From Actinomycetota bacterium (GTDB lineage Bacteria > Actinomycetota > Acidimicrobiia > Acidimicrobiales > Poriferisodalaceae): a stretch of DNA of 32,676 nt. A program made the translations under genes and the position numbers. Below, piece by piece: positions 22,012 through 29,841 of the stretch (position 1 is the first letter of the stretch; the number at the start of each line of letters is the position of its first letter). A model generated the notes under the pieces. The model searched no databases. It had not been told where the DNA came from and saw only the letters and a list, made by a program, of their open reading frames with translations. The stretch covers positions 1-32,676 of the forward strand of contig JAADHX010000226.1 of NCBI GenBank assembly GCA_013151655.1. Reading direction: 5' to 3'.

Positions 22012-22968
22012 CTAACTCACCGTGTTGACTGACGAGACCAGTGAATGGACAATTAGTCCCCACCCATCTACGAGCACAAACAGCAGCAGCTTCAGCGGTA
22101 GCGAAATGAAAATCGGTGGCAGCATCACCATTCCCAGCGACATCAGAACCGAGGCAACGACAAGGTCGATCACCAAAAAGGGGATGAAGATCATGAATCC
22201 GATGGTGAATGCGGTCCGTAGTTCGCTAAGAACAAAAGCCGGAATCAATACTGTTGGGTCTGCTTGCGAAGGGTCGGTCAGCTCGACGTCTCGCATGTCG
22301 ATGAACATTCGCAAATCGTTCTCGTCGGTCTGGGCAAGCATGAATTTCCGAAGTGGGTCGAACCCGGCTTCGAAAGCCTCGCTCTGATCGATCTCACCGG
22401 CCGGCAACGGTTGGATCGCGTCCTCGTTTATCTCGCTGAAGATCGGTCCCATAACGAACAACGTCAAGAACAGTGCCAGTCCGGTCAGAACCTGTGTCGG
22501 CGGGATCTGCTGAGTACCGATCGCGTTTCGAGTTAGCGACAACACGATGGCGAATCGGGTGAACGACGTTGTCAGCAAGATGATCGATGGTGCCACCGAC
22601 CCAATCGTGAGCAACATGATGACAACAACGGTCTGAGTCAGACCATCCCCACCCGAGATCGAGATACCAACGTCTGGTTCGGTAACCGGGGTAGGTGGAG
22701 TTACCTCGATTCCGGTATCAGACGGCTGAGTCGTTGGCACCTGGCTGTTGACGAGGCCATCGATCTCTTCGATCAATGACCCAGGAGCGTCGGAACCAAT
22801 CGTCGTCGAACCAGCCGCGTCGGGCTCAGTTTCCGAACCCGGTCCAACCTGGGCCGCGGCGGGCGAGGACGCGAAGATCAACACCGCCGCCATTACGGTA
22901 GTGAGGGAAACGAATCGCAGCAGGAGCCGTCGTGTTGGTCTCTTCGAATCGTTATTGGTCGAGAGCAT
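22012..22968 (-). CDS. fliP: flagellar export apparatus protein FliP (with signal peptide and about 80-aa Pro/Thr/Glu-rich insert)
   Basis: LLTTSFTRFAIVLSLTRNAIGTQQIPPTQVLTGLALFLTLFVMGP...FVLSELRTAFTIGFMIFIPFLVIDLVVASVLMSLGMVMLPP is canonical FliP. N-terminal signal-like segment ends AAAQV. Confidence 0.95.
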   Translation of the reverse strand: MLSTNNDSKRPTRRLLLRFVSLTTVMAAVLIFASSPAAAQVGPGSETEPDAAGSTTIGSDAPGSLIEEIDGLVNSQVPTTQPSDTGIEVTPPTPVTEPDVGISISGGDGLTQTVVVIMLLTIGSVAPSIILLTTSFTRFAIVLSLTRNAIGTQQIPPTQVLTGLALFLTLFVMGPIFSEINEDAIQPLPAGEIDQSEAFEAGFDPLRKFMLAQTDENDLRMFIDMRDVELTDPSQADPTVLIPAFVLSELRTAFTIGFMIFIPFLVIDLVVASVLMSLGMVMLPPIFISLPLKLLLFVLVDGWGLIVHSLVSSVNTVS

Positions 22969-23383
22969 GGATCCGTACTTCCTGCGGCACCCGTGTCGTC
23001 ATACGACGCAAGCGCGCGAGAAAGCCAATCCGTGGCCCTTTTCTCGACATTGATGTACCCGTCGCGGATCCTTCCGCGATTGGGGTTGTTTCGCTCTGAT
23101 CAGCGGCACTTTGTGGTTCTTCGACAAGAACACCATCGAGGTCGGCATCCGGTGGAAGTTCGGCCAACAGGTTTACGGTCTGTTCACCCGCGCCGAGCAG
23201 GTATCGATGGCCAGCGACGTCGATAACAGCGACACTCGCCGACCGCCCTAGCGACGCGCGAGCAACCACTCGTATCCCACGCATGCGGCCGCTACCACGC
23301 ATGGCCCACCAGCGGGCGAGAAGGAGTCCTCCCACCACAACGGTGAGCGAGACAACAAGGCGGAGAACTATGGCAAACGTCAC
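22952..23383 (-). CDS. fliO: flagellar biosynthesis protein FliO/FliZ
   Basis: Single N-terminal TM (IVLRLVVSLTVVVGGLLLARWW), then IRVVARASLGRSASVAVIDVAGHRYLLGAGEQTVNLLAEL, the FliO pattern. Overlaps the fliP start by 17 nt. Confidence 0.7.
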   Translation of the reverse strand: MTFAIVLRLVVSLTVVVGGLLLARWWAMRGSGRMRGIRVVARASLGRSASVAVIDVAGHRYLLGAGEQTVNLLAELPPDADLDGVLVEEPQSAADQSETTPIAEGSATGTSMSRKGPRIGFLARLRRMTTRVPQEVRIHALDQ

Positions 23384-23392
23384 GACTACTCG

Positions 23393-24190
23393 TCAGTTCG
23401 ATTCGGTGGTCACCGAAGTGATCCGTACGCCGAGTACATCATCGATCACAACAACTTCGCCAAGGGCAACGCTGCTCCCATTGATGAGCACGCTCACGTG
23501 GGCACCGACTGGTTGAGTCAGTTCGACCACGCTTCCCTCGGAAAGGTCCAACACTTCGCGCACACGCATGACCGTGCGCCCCAGTTCGACCGTTACTTCC
23601 ATGGACACATCCGAAAGCAGCGAAATTTCGTTGGGTTCGGTCGCTGACGGTAGGCCTTCGCCGAGTTCTGGGTGTTGGATAGTCTCGATCTGCGGCTGTG
23701 GCTCTTGGATCTCTTGGGCTGGCGCCGGTAGTAACAGCCAGACGCTTCCCTCGACGACTCCAACGGTAACGGCCACTTCGACGCCTGCGAATGGACCTTC
23801 CGCGTCGATGGTGGCGGCGTCGACCGGTGCGATTTCATCGACCGGTCCGACTAAGGCACCAGCCCGAGACACTGCCGCCACAAAGGCCTCGGCTCCGGCA
23901 AGCCCGACACGCGATAGTTCAGTCCAAGCATCGTCTGGATCTTCGGAACCGACCCCGGCCGTTTCGGCGAGATGCTGCGCTATCGACTCCGAAAATGCGA
24001 CAACCAGCGAACCGGTGGGCCCTGTCGCTTTGAGCACCATAGCGGTAGCCATACCAGACGCTGTATGGTCGGCCTCAAGGCTGTCGCCAACCACGAACGC
24101 AAGCTCGGTCAGTGCCTCAATAGTCTTTATGGCCTCGGCTGCAGCCGCGGTGTGGGTGTTCAAGTCGGCCGCCGTTGCGGTGGTGTTCAT
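23393..24190 (-). CDS. fliN: C-ring protein FliN/FliY type (C-terminal SpoA/FliN domain, about 170-aa N-terminal extension)
   Basis: C-terminus LLSDVSMEVTVELGRTVMRVREVLDLSEGSVVELTQPVGAHVSVLINGSSVALGEVVVIDDVLGVRITSV is the FliN surface-presentation domain. The N-terminal part was not confidently assigned (possibly CheC-like as in FliY). Confidence 0.85.
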   Translation of the reverse strand: MNTTATAADLNTHTAAAAEAIKTIEALTELAFVVGDSLEADHTASGMATAMVLKATGPTGSLVVAFSESIAQHLAETAGVGSEDPDDAWTELSRVGLAGAEAFVAAVSRAGALVGPVDEIAPVDAATIDAEGPFAGVEVAVTVGVVEGSVWLLLPAPAQEIQEPQPQIETIQHPELGEGLPSATEPNEISLLSDVSMEVTVELGRTVMRVREVLDLSEGSVVELTQPVGAHVSVLINGSSVALGEVVVIDDVLGVRITSVTTESN

Positions 24191-25107
24191 TAGTTGCTCC
24201 AGCCTGTGATCTGCACTGCCATACGGCGGGCCTTACGCCCCAGCCTGGCTTCAAGAACTCTTCGGTCGCCCACATGGCCGACGATTGCTTGATCTATTCG
24301 ATGGTTAGTTCTGACAATGTCGCCCGGCGCGAGACCTACCAATTCTCTTGCTGGGATCTGCGATGGGGTCAGTTGGAATACCACCGGGACCTCGACTTCG
24401 GGAAGCAGCTCATGAAACGGACCAACTGCATCAGCGTCTACGCGCTTGCCTTGGATCCGAACCTTGCTTTCCAAACGCCCGAGCACTGGTTCGATTGTCC
24501 CAAACGGGTAGCACACACTGATGATGCCCTCGGCGCCACCATCGAGAGCGATCGAGTAGCTGAGTAGCAAGACCATGTCGTTCGGTGGAACGACCTGAAC
24601 GAACCGCGGGTTGAACTCGACGGCACGAAGTTCTGGAGTGACCTCTTCGATCGGCTCAAGAGCCTCGACAAACCCCTCCACAACGCTGCTCATCAGCTCA
24701 GTGATCAGCGCGGCCTCAATGTCAGTCGGTCCTCGAGTCGGCACCTTTCCGCCGCTACCGCCAAGTACCCGATCCACAAATGCAAACGCAATTGGTGTTG
24801 TGATCTCAACGACACACACGCCGGGCAAAGGGGCCATATCGATAGTAGAGATAACCGAAGGAGTCGGGATCGACCGTAGATAGTCGCCATAGGTGATTTG
24901 ATCGGTCGAGAAATGCGTGATCGTCACCACCGATCGCAACCGATGGCTAAGGCTGCTTCCAACTTGGCGAGCGAATACCTCGTGGACGGCCTCAAGGCCG
25001 CGCATGTGTTCACGAGAGAACTTGCTTGGTCGCCTGAAGTCGAATGGTTCGACATCCACAGGCGAGTTAGAACCCGCGCTATCTCGCGGCGAGGGAAGAA
25101 CCGTCAC
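24190..25107 (-). CDS. fliM: C-ring switch protein FliM (no N-terminal CheY-docking peptide)
   Basis: FDFRRPSKFSREHMRGLEAVHEVFARQVGSSLSHRLRSVV..ITYGDYLRSIPTPSVI..FAFVDRVLGGSGG is canonical FliM. Only about 20 aa precede it, and they lack LSQxEIDxLL. Confidence 0.9.
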   Translation of the reverse strand: MTVLPSPRDSAGSNSPVDVEPFDFRRPSKFSREHMRGLEAVHEVFARQVGSSLSHRLRSVVTITHFSTDQITYGDYLRSIPTPSVISTIDMAPLPGVCVVEITTPIAFAFVDRVLGGSGGKVPTRGPTDIEAALITELMSSVVEGFVEALEPIEEVTPELRAVEFNPRFVQVVPPNDMVLLLSYSIALDGGAEGIISVCYPFGTIEPVLGRLESKVRIQGKRVDADAVGPFHELLPEVEVPVVFQLTPSQIPARELVGLAPGDIVRTNHRIDQAIVGHVGDRRVLEARLGRKARRMAVQITGWSN

Positions 25108-25598
25108 TGAACAAGCAGATCCGTGAGAAGTACACGCTTCACGACGCGTTCATCTTCACTGTTGAGTATTTCGATCGCACGTTCGGTGAGCTGGTCGCGA
25201 AGTCTCTCTTGGCCGGCGAGGGTTCGAAGCTCACTGGCCTCGAACAGCGCTAACTCGCTCAGTGCGGCATCAAGCAACAACGGCAATCGTGGTTCGATGA
25301 GTAACGGATCAGTTCCCTCGACAAGAAGTACCGAGAAGGCGATTCGACCAAAGCGAGGCTGGTCGTCGACCAGGTTCACGGTCAGAGCACCGACAGCCAA
25401 GATGGCACCGTCGGCTTCCTCTTCTAGTGGGATGGTGGTGGTCGGGGCCATAGCCTCGGCCGGCTCGCCGCCGAAGTAGCCGGCCGCGGCAGCAACTACG
25501 CCACCGACGATCATCAATTTCTTCTTCTTGGCGCCGTCGTCTCCATCGGAGTCGTCGGCGCTGTCCTTATCTTTGTCTTTTCCCTTGTTCTTGGCCAT
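25104..25598 (-). CDS. fliL: flagellar basal-body-associated protein FliL
   Basis: Lys/Asp-rich N-terminus, one TM (LMIVGGVVAAAAGYF), then LTVNLVDDQPRFGRIAFSVLL...RLRDQLTERAIEIL..VKRVLLTDLLVQ, the FliL pattern. Confidence 0.85.
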   Translation of the reverse strand: MAKNKGKDKDKDSADDSDGDDGAKKKKLMIVGGVVAAAAGYFGGEPAEAMAPTTTIPLEEEADGAILAVGALTVNLVDDQPRFGRIAFSVLLVEGTDPLLIEPRLPLLLDAALSELALFEASELRTLAGQERLRDQLTERAIEILNSEDERVVKRVLLTDLLVQ

Positions 25599-25674
25599 GC
25601 CAACCTCTCAACGCATCCCTCGATTGCGAACACAGAAGATGGTCGGCCGCTAGTGGCACAACTTCAGCGAAAGT

Positions 25675-26619
25675 TCACGCTAGAGGCGCAGAAAGCGCTG
25701 GGTCTTGAATTAGCAATTCGGTGTCGTCATCGTCGATGCCAATCACGATCTCGACCCGGCGGTTACGGGATCTGTTCTCGTCGCTGTCGTTGGGCACAAG
25801 AGGGTACTGATCGGCGTTAGCAACAGCCCTTAGGCGATTGCCATCGATCCCATATTCGTTCAGCAGGACATTGAGGACCGCGATAGCTCGATCAGCCGAG
25901 AGATTCCAGTTGGAATAGGCCGGATTGCCAAGCGGAACATCGTCGGTGTGACCCTCAATGTGGATCGGATTGTCGATATCGCCAACCACGCTCGCAATCG
26001 TGCCAATAAACTCGAGGCCGATACCTGGCTCGATATCAGCCCTTCCGCTTCGGAACAAGATGTCGTCGGCCGAAAGCACAACAACGAGTCCACGAGCCCG
26101 GATCTCGGCCGTCACTGAGTCGGCCAAACCAGCCTCGCGGGCGGCCTCGATGAGCGACTCCTTGACCTCACGCAACTCGCTCAGATCGAGAATGTTCGCT
26201 AGCTCGGGAAGCTCAGAGTTAGCTCCACCCTCGCCGGTGTCGTCGCCATCGACTCGAGGTAGCCCAGAAGCCCCGTCGGCGGAGTTATCGACGAACGCCG
26301 CTCCCTGAAGTTCAGTTAGATCGGCCACATCCTGGTTAGGGACAATCGATATCACTCCGCTTTCCACGGGAAAGCTAGATCCGCCTGGTTGGTTGGCTCC
26401 AATGATCGAGGGGCCGCCGAGCAGAACTCGATCTTGATACGAAGAGTTGCCAAACGAGCCTTCCAAACCCTGCAGAAGAGACAGGAACTTTGATTCCTCA
26501 ATTGACGAGATGGCGAACAACAACACGAAGAACGCCATCAGCAATGTAACGATGTCTGCATAAGTCGTCAGGAAGCCAGCGCCGTCCTGAACACACTTCT
26601 TCTCTTTCTTGCGGGCCAT
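25675..26619 (-). CDS. motB: stator protein MotB (OmpA-like peptidoglycan-binding C-domain)
   Basis: N-terminal plug/TM with the conserved Asp (FLTTYADIVTLLMAFFVLLFAIS). C-terminus IHIEGHTDDVPLGNPAYSNWNLSADRAIAVLNVLL..GIDGNRLRAVANADQYPLVPNDSDENRSRNRRVEIVI. Confidence 0.88.
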   Translation of the reverse strand: MARKKEKKCVQDGAGFLTTYADIVTLLMAFFVLLFAISSIEESKFLSLLQGLEGSFGNSSYQDRVLLGGPSIIGANQPGGSSFPVESGVISIVPNQDVADLTELQGAAFVDNSADGASGLPRVDGDDTGEGGANSELPELANILDLSELREVKESLIEAAREAGLADSVTAEIRARGLVVVLSADDILFRSGRADIEPGIGLEFIGTIASVVGDIDNPIHIEGHTDDVPLGNPAYSNWNLSADRAIAVLNVLLNEYGIDGNRLRAVANADQYPLVPNDSDENRSRNRRVEIVIGIDDDDTELLIQDPALSAPLA

Positions 26620-26634
26620 TATTCAAGCAACCGT

Positions 26635-27420
26635 TCAGGCTGCCCGCTCAAGGCGAGCCTTCGACCCGACCCGAAGGTCTGGCTGAAGATAGGCCTCAAG
26701 CTTTTCGACCAGGTGGCGGGGACTTGCGCCTTCTCGAATGGAAATGACGCCTTCAACGGTGAGTTCCCTTGTCATGACCTCAAGCTCGTTAAGCACAGCA
26801 AGCTTGGCGCCAATCGGGCTGAAAAATATGTTGGCGAAAACCACGCCGTAGAGCGTCGTCAACAACGCCAGCGCCATACCGGTGCCGAGCGCAGCGGGAT
26901 CGGCCAGGTTGCCAAGAATATTCACAAGACCAATAACGGTGCCGATCATGCCAAGCGTTGGTGCGTACTCAACAAGCTTCTTGTACATCCCAATCATCAC
27001 GTCATGACGAGCTTCCATCGCTGTGATCTCGGCCTCCATGACCTCACGGACTTCTTCGCTCTCAAGACCATCGACGACCAATTGCAGCCCCGTGGCAAGA
27101 AACTGATTGTCCATATCTTCAAGACCGGTTTCGAGAGCCAATATGCCCTCTTTGCGGGCCGCCTCTGCATATTGCATGAGCTGCGTAACCAGCTCGTCGG
27201 CATCATCAGGAGTTCCGGTCAGGGCAACAATGAGACCCTGAGGCAACTTCTTGACCGCGTCCATCCGGTAGCCAGCAAAGGTGGCCCCGATGGTTCCAAC
27301 CAACACCAACAGCAGCGAAGAAGGCCCAATCAGAGGCCCGAAAGAGTTTCCGTCGATAAGCGTCGAAACGATGATCGCGACGAAGACGAGTGCGATTCCA
27401 ATCAGCGTAAGCGGATCCAT
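26635..27420 (-). CDS. motA: stator protein MotA
   Basis: 261 aa, four TM segments, PTLGMIGTVIGLVNILGNL..ALALLTTLYGVVFANIFFSPIGAKL is the MotA/TolQ/ExbB channel signature. Confidence 0.92.
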   Translation of the reverse strand: MDPLTLIGIALVFVAIIVSTLIDGNSFGPLIGPSSLLLVLVGTIGATFAGYRMDAVKKLPQGLIVALTGTPDDADELVTQLMQYAEAARKEGILALETGLEDMDNQFLATGLQLVVDGLESEEVREVMEAEITAMEARHDVMIGMYKKLVEYAPTLGMIGTVIGLVNILGNLADPAALGTGMALALLTTLYGVVFANIFFSPIGAKLAVLNELEVMTRELTVEGVISIREGASPRHLVEKLEAYLQPDLRVGSKARLERAA

Positions 27421-27424
27421 CGAT

Positions 27425-27670
27425 TCAGACCTCGTTGTCGACGACAGTCAACTGCACGACGTCTGAGCGTTCACGAAGTTGATCAGAAGCCACAATCACA
27501 GAGGCCCGAAACAGTCGAGACAACTCGACGACTTCTGTCGGTGATTCGGCTACAACCATCTTTCGGCCGTCGGCGAGCGTGATAACAGTGTCAGGCCTAG
27601 CCTCGACGAACTCAATGAGATCCGCATTGAGATATAGGGGATCGCCCTTAAGACGATGAACGAGAATCAC
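27425..27670 (-). CDS. flbD: flagellar protein FlbD
   Basis: MILVHRLKGDPLYLNADLIEFVEARPDTVITLADGRKMVVAESPTEVVE is near-consensus FlbD. GTG start behind GGAGG. Precedes motA as in other monoderm loci. Confidence 0.88.
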   Translation of the reverse strand: MILVHRLKGDPLYLNADLIEFVEARPDTVITLADGRKMVVAESPTEVVELSRLFRASVIVASDQLRERSDVVQLTVVDNEV

Positions 27671-27773
27671 TTGGCACCTCCGTGTGTCCGCGACGTGATT
27701 GTCTTGACTTGTTGCATAGTCGACGGTCCAGTGGTCGCATTAAGTGTTTGTGCTGTTACATCAACGCAAGGCC

Positions 27774-27948
27774 GCTGCATATACCGACCGCGCGCCGGTA
27801 CACAACTCCCACACGGCTTCACAACAGCGCAAAAGCGCTGCACTCTCACAACAGCGCAAAAGCGCTGCACTCTCACAACAGCGCAAAAGCGCTGCACATA
27901 GCGACTGCCCGTTGGGGTACAACTCCCACACGGCTTCACAACAGCGCA
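27774..27948. repeat. 58-bp direct repeat, two copies 117 bp apart (27774..27831 and 27891..27948), bracketing the 27-bp tandem array
   Basis: Both copies start GCTGCA(T/C)ATA and end GGTACA(CA)ACTCCCACACGGCTTCACAACAGCGCA. The 27-nt core ACTCCCACACGGCTTCACAACAGCGCA is identical (27805..27831, 27922..27948). Confidence 0.9.
27820..27900. repeat. 27-bp tandem repeat x3, each unit containing the hairpin CAGCGC-AAAA-GCGCTG
   Basis: CACAACAGCGCAAAAGCGCTGCACTCT at 27820..27846 and 27847..27873. Third copy 27874..27900 ends ATA instead of TCT. A truncated fourth start (CACAACAGCGCA) lies at 27937..27948. Hairpins at 27825..27840, 27852..27867, 27879..27894. Confidence 0.95.
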
Positions 27949-27960
27949 CCGACTGGTTGT

Positions 27961-28010
27961 ACAGCCGATTTCGGCTGATGTAGACAGCGCAGCCGATTTC
28001 GGCTGATGTA
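27961..28010. repeat. two copies (28-bp period) of CAGCCGATTTCGGCTGATGTA, each with a perfect 16-bp palindrome, about 20 nt downstream of the flgE stop
   Basis: CAGCCGATTTCGGCTG at 27962..27977 and 27990..28005, each followed by ATGTA. A third partial GCTGATGT lies at 28015..28022. No U-tract follows on the transcribed (minus) strand. Confidence 0.9.
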
Positions 28011-28025
28011 TAACCGCTGATGTGA

Positions 28026-29252
28026 CTAGCGCTTGAGGTTAACTAGGTCCGAGAGCAGCTCGTCGGCGGTGGTGATGACTCTCGAGTTTGCCTGGAAACC
28101 ACGCTGCGCGATGATGAGGTTGGTGAACTCGCGAGCGAGGTCGACGTTCGACATTTCGAGGGTTCCGCTCGACATCAAGCCTCGGGTACCAGTTCCGGCG
28201 GCGCCAACTAGAGGCTCGCCGGAGTTGACCGAAGCCAGATAGGTGGAGTCTGAGCCCCGGGTTAGACCTCCAGGATTAGAAAACGAGGCCGTTGCCACCT
28301 GGCCGAGAAGTTTGTTAGTTCCGTTTGAGAACTGGCCAGCAATAGTGCCATCGTCGCCGATTGTGTACCCGACGAGATAACCAATCGCCTGACCGTCCTT
28401 AGCCTTGGCTTCCATGGTGGACTCGCCGCCGAACTGAACGATCGGCAGGGTCGATCCGAGTTCAATGTCGAACGACATGGCGTTGGCGCCCGGAGGTGTG
28501 AAGCCGCTGATCGCCAGCGTCGGCGCACTAGTTAGCTGTCCGACGGTGTCAAACGCCAACGTTGCCGGCGAGATCGTCAGAGGGCTGCCTTCAACTGTTG
28601 CCGAAACTCCCCAGGTGTTGGTCCCGGACTTGGTGAAAGTAAAGATCGCCTCGTGCCCGTTCCCAAGCGAGTCGAAGACATCAATTGACGTGGTCGCCGT
28701 TTCGCCAACCAGTGATTCCGAAGAGAGGCTGCCGCCGATCTGAACCTCTGTGGTTTCCTGAGGGTCAACCACTTGGCCAAGCGGAATCTGGATGTCTTGA
28801 AGGGAGCCACTGGTATCGATGACTCCCGCGGAATCTGCAACCCAACCCTGGACAGCTGCACCTGTTGCCGTAGCGAGTGTTCCAGCTTCGTCGAACGTGA
28901 ACGAACCCAAGCGGGTGTAGTTCTGTTCGCCCGCAGCAGCGACAATGAAGAACCCTTCGCCCTGGACGGCCAGGTCGGTGTTTCGACCCGTTACCTGACT
29001 CGCACCTTGAGTGAAGATGCCTTCGATCTGAGCCACCTTCACCCCCAGTCCGATCTGAGATGGGTTGATACCGGCACGATCTGCTGAGGCGCCGCTTGGG
29101 CCTCGTAGAACCTGCGACAGAGACTCGGCGAAAGTGACTTGGCTGGCTTTGAAACCAGCGGTGTTGACGTTGGCGATGTTGTTACCAACAACGTCCATCA
29201 TGGTTTGGTGGGTGCGAAGACCGGAAACGCCGGCAAACATTGAACGCATCAT
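28026..29252 (-). CDS. flgE: flagellar hook protein FlgE
   Basis: MMRSMFAGVSGLRTHQTMMDVVGNNIANVNTAGFK.. and C-terminal ..LEMSNVDLAREFTNLIIAQRGFQANSRVITTADELLSDLVNLKR. The true start is ATGATG at 29247..29252, behind GGAGGA. The 64 codons upstream in the ORF track are not hook-like. Confidence 0.95.
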   Translation of the reverse strand: MMRSMFAGVSGLRTHQTMMDVVGNNIANVNTAGFKASQVTFAESLSQVLRGPSGASADRAGINPSQIGLGVKVAQIEGIFTQGASQVTGRNTDLAVQGEGFFIVAAAGEQNYTRLGSFTFDEAGTLATATGAAVQGWVADSAGVIDTSGSLQDIQIPLGQVVDPQETTEVQIGGSLSSESLVGETATTSIDVFDSLGNGHEAIFTFTKSGTNTWGVSATVEGSPLTISPATLAFDTVGQLTSAPTLAISGFTPPGANAMSFDIELGSTLPIVQFGGESTMEAKAKDGQAIGYLVGYTIGDDGTIAGQFSNGTNKLLGQVATASFSNPGGLTRGSDSTYLASVNSGEPLVGAAGTGTRGLMSSGTLEMSNVDLAREFTNLIIAQRGFQANSRVITTADELLSDLVNLKR

Positions 29253-29361
29253 TGTGGGGTTCCTCCAGGGAGTGTGTGATTCAGAAGTTAAGAAGATGAA
29301 TTTGAAGTGCGGGATATGAAACAGATGAATAGAGACAAACGGTGCGGGTTGGCGTGGGCGA

Positions 29362-29826
29362 TCAAGCCTCGCCTTCGGATGTGTCAGTCGAGGTCGTGGC
29401 GGGTTGCCTGACGGCTGGCTGAGTCTGGCCTTGCAGCGCAACACTCGTCACTTGATCGAAGGAGAACTCGATTCCGCCAATTTGCAGCATCGGGCCGCTA
29501 GCTGTGGCTCGAACACCGGTAACGACTCCCTCGATCTGGCCAAAGATCGGATCCGAGGCGGTGACGGTTTGGCCGATCATTCCTGCGGCAGCGCCGAATT
29601 GACCCAAGCCAACAATGTGCGATTGCAGCTCGGACAACTCGTTCAGCGCTTCGACGTTTGCTAGCTGGCTGGTCTGTTGCAGCAACGCCGCGCCATCCAT
29701 GGGTTCCATTGGGTTCTGGTTCTGTAGCTGTGCGACAAGCAACTCGAGGAACAGGTCGGTTCCTAAGTCGCCGAAAGCAGTATTTGCCTCGTTGTTGGCT
29801 ACCGATGGGGTAACAGAACTAATCAT
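29362..29826 (-). CDS. flgD: hook capping/assembly protein FlgD
   Basis: LGTDLFLELLVAQLQNQNPMEPMDGAALLQQTSQLANVEALNEL is the FlgD N-terminal signature. SD GGAG lies upstream of the ATG. Confidence 0.9.
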   Translation of the reverse strand: MISSVTPSVANNEANTAFGDLGTDLFLELLVAQLQNQNPMEPMDGAALLQQTSQLANVEALNELSELQSHIVGLGQFGAAAGMIGQTVTASDPIFGQIEGVVTGVRATASGPMLQIGGIEFSFDQVTSVALQGQTQPAVRQPATTSTDTSEGEA

Positions 29827-29841
29827 CGTGATCTCCTCTAC

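Noticed and set aside
25640-25666. Minus-strand TGAA-N15-GCCGACCA between motB and fliL as an internal sigma-28 promoter
   Set aside because: Partial match only (6/8 in the -10, imperfect -35). It resembles the weak site at 183..209 but not the two strong twins. Left uncalled.
26713-27582. 289-aa + strand ORF antisense to motA/flbD; similar shadow ORFs at 19521..20177 (+), 5419..6063 (-), 1084..1587 (-) and 23568..24209 (+)
   Set aside because: All lie opposite strongly recognisable flagellar genes and translate to low-complexity Arg/Ser/Pro-rich sequence. They are shadow ORFs.
27820-27900. Could the 27-bp repeats be a CRISPR array?
   Set aside because: The units are directly head-to-tail with no spacers. 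There are only three copies and no cas genes, and they sit inside an operon. This is a tandem repeat, not CRISPR.
29253-29444. 64-codon N-terminal extension of the flgE ORF in the track (MLRCKARLSQPSGNPPRPRL...)
   Set aside because: The extension is Arg/Pro-rich junk that overlaps the flgD 3' end and the AT-rich spacer. The canonical hook N-terminus MMRSMFAGVSGL starts at 29252 behind GGAGGA.
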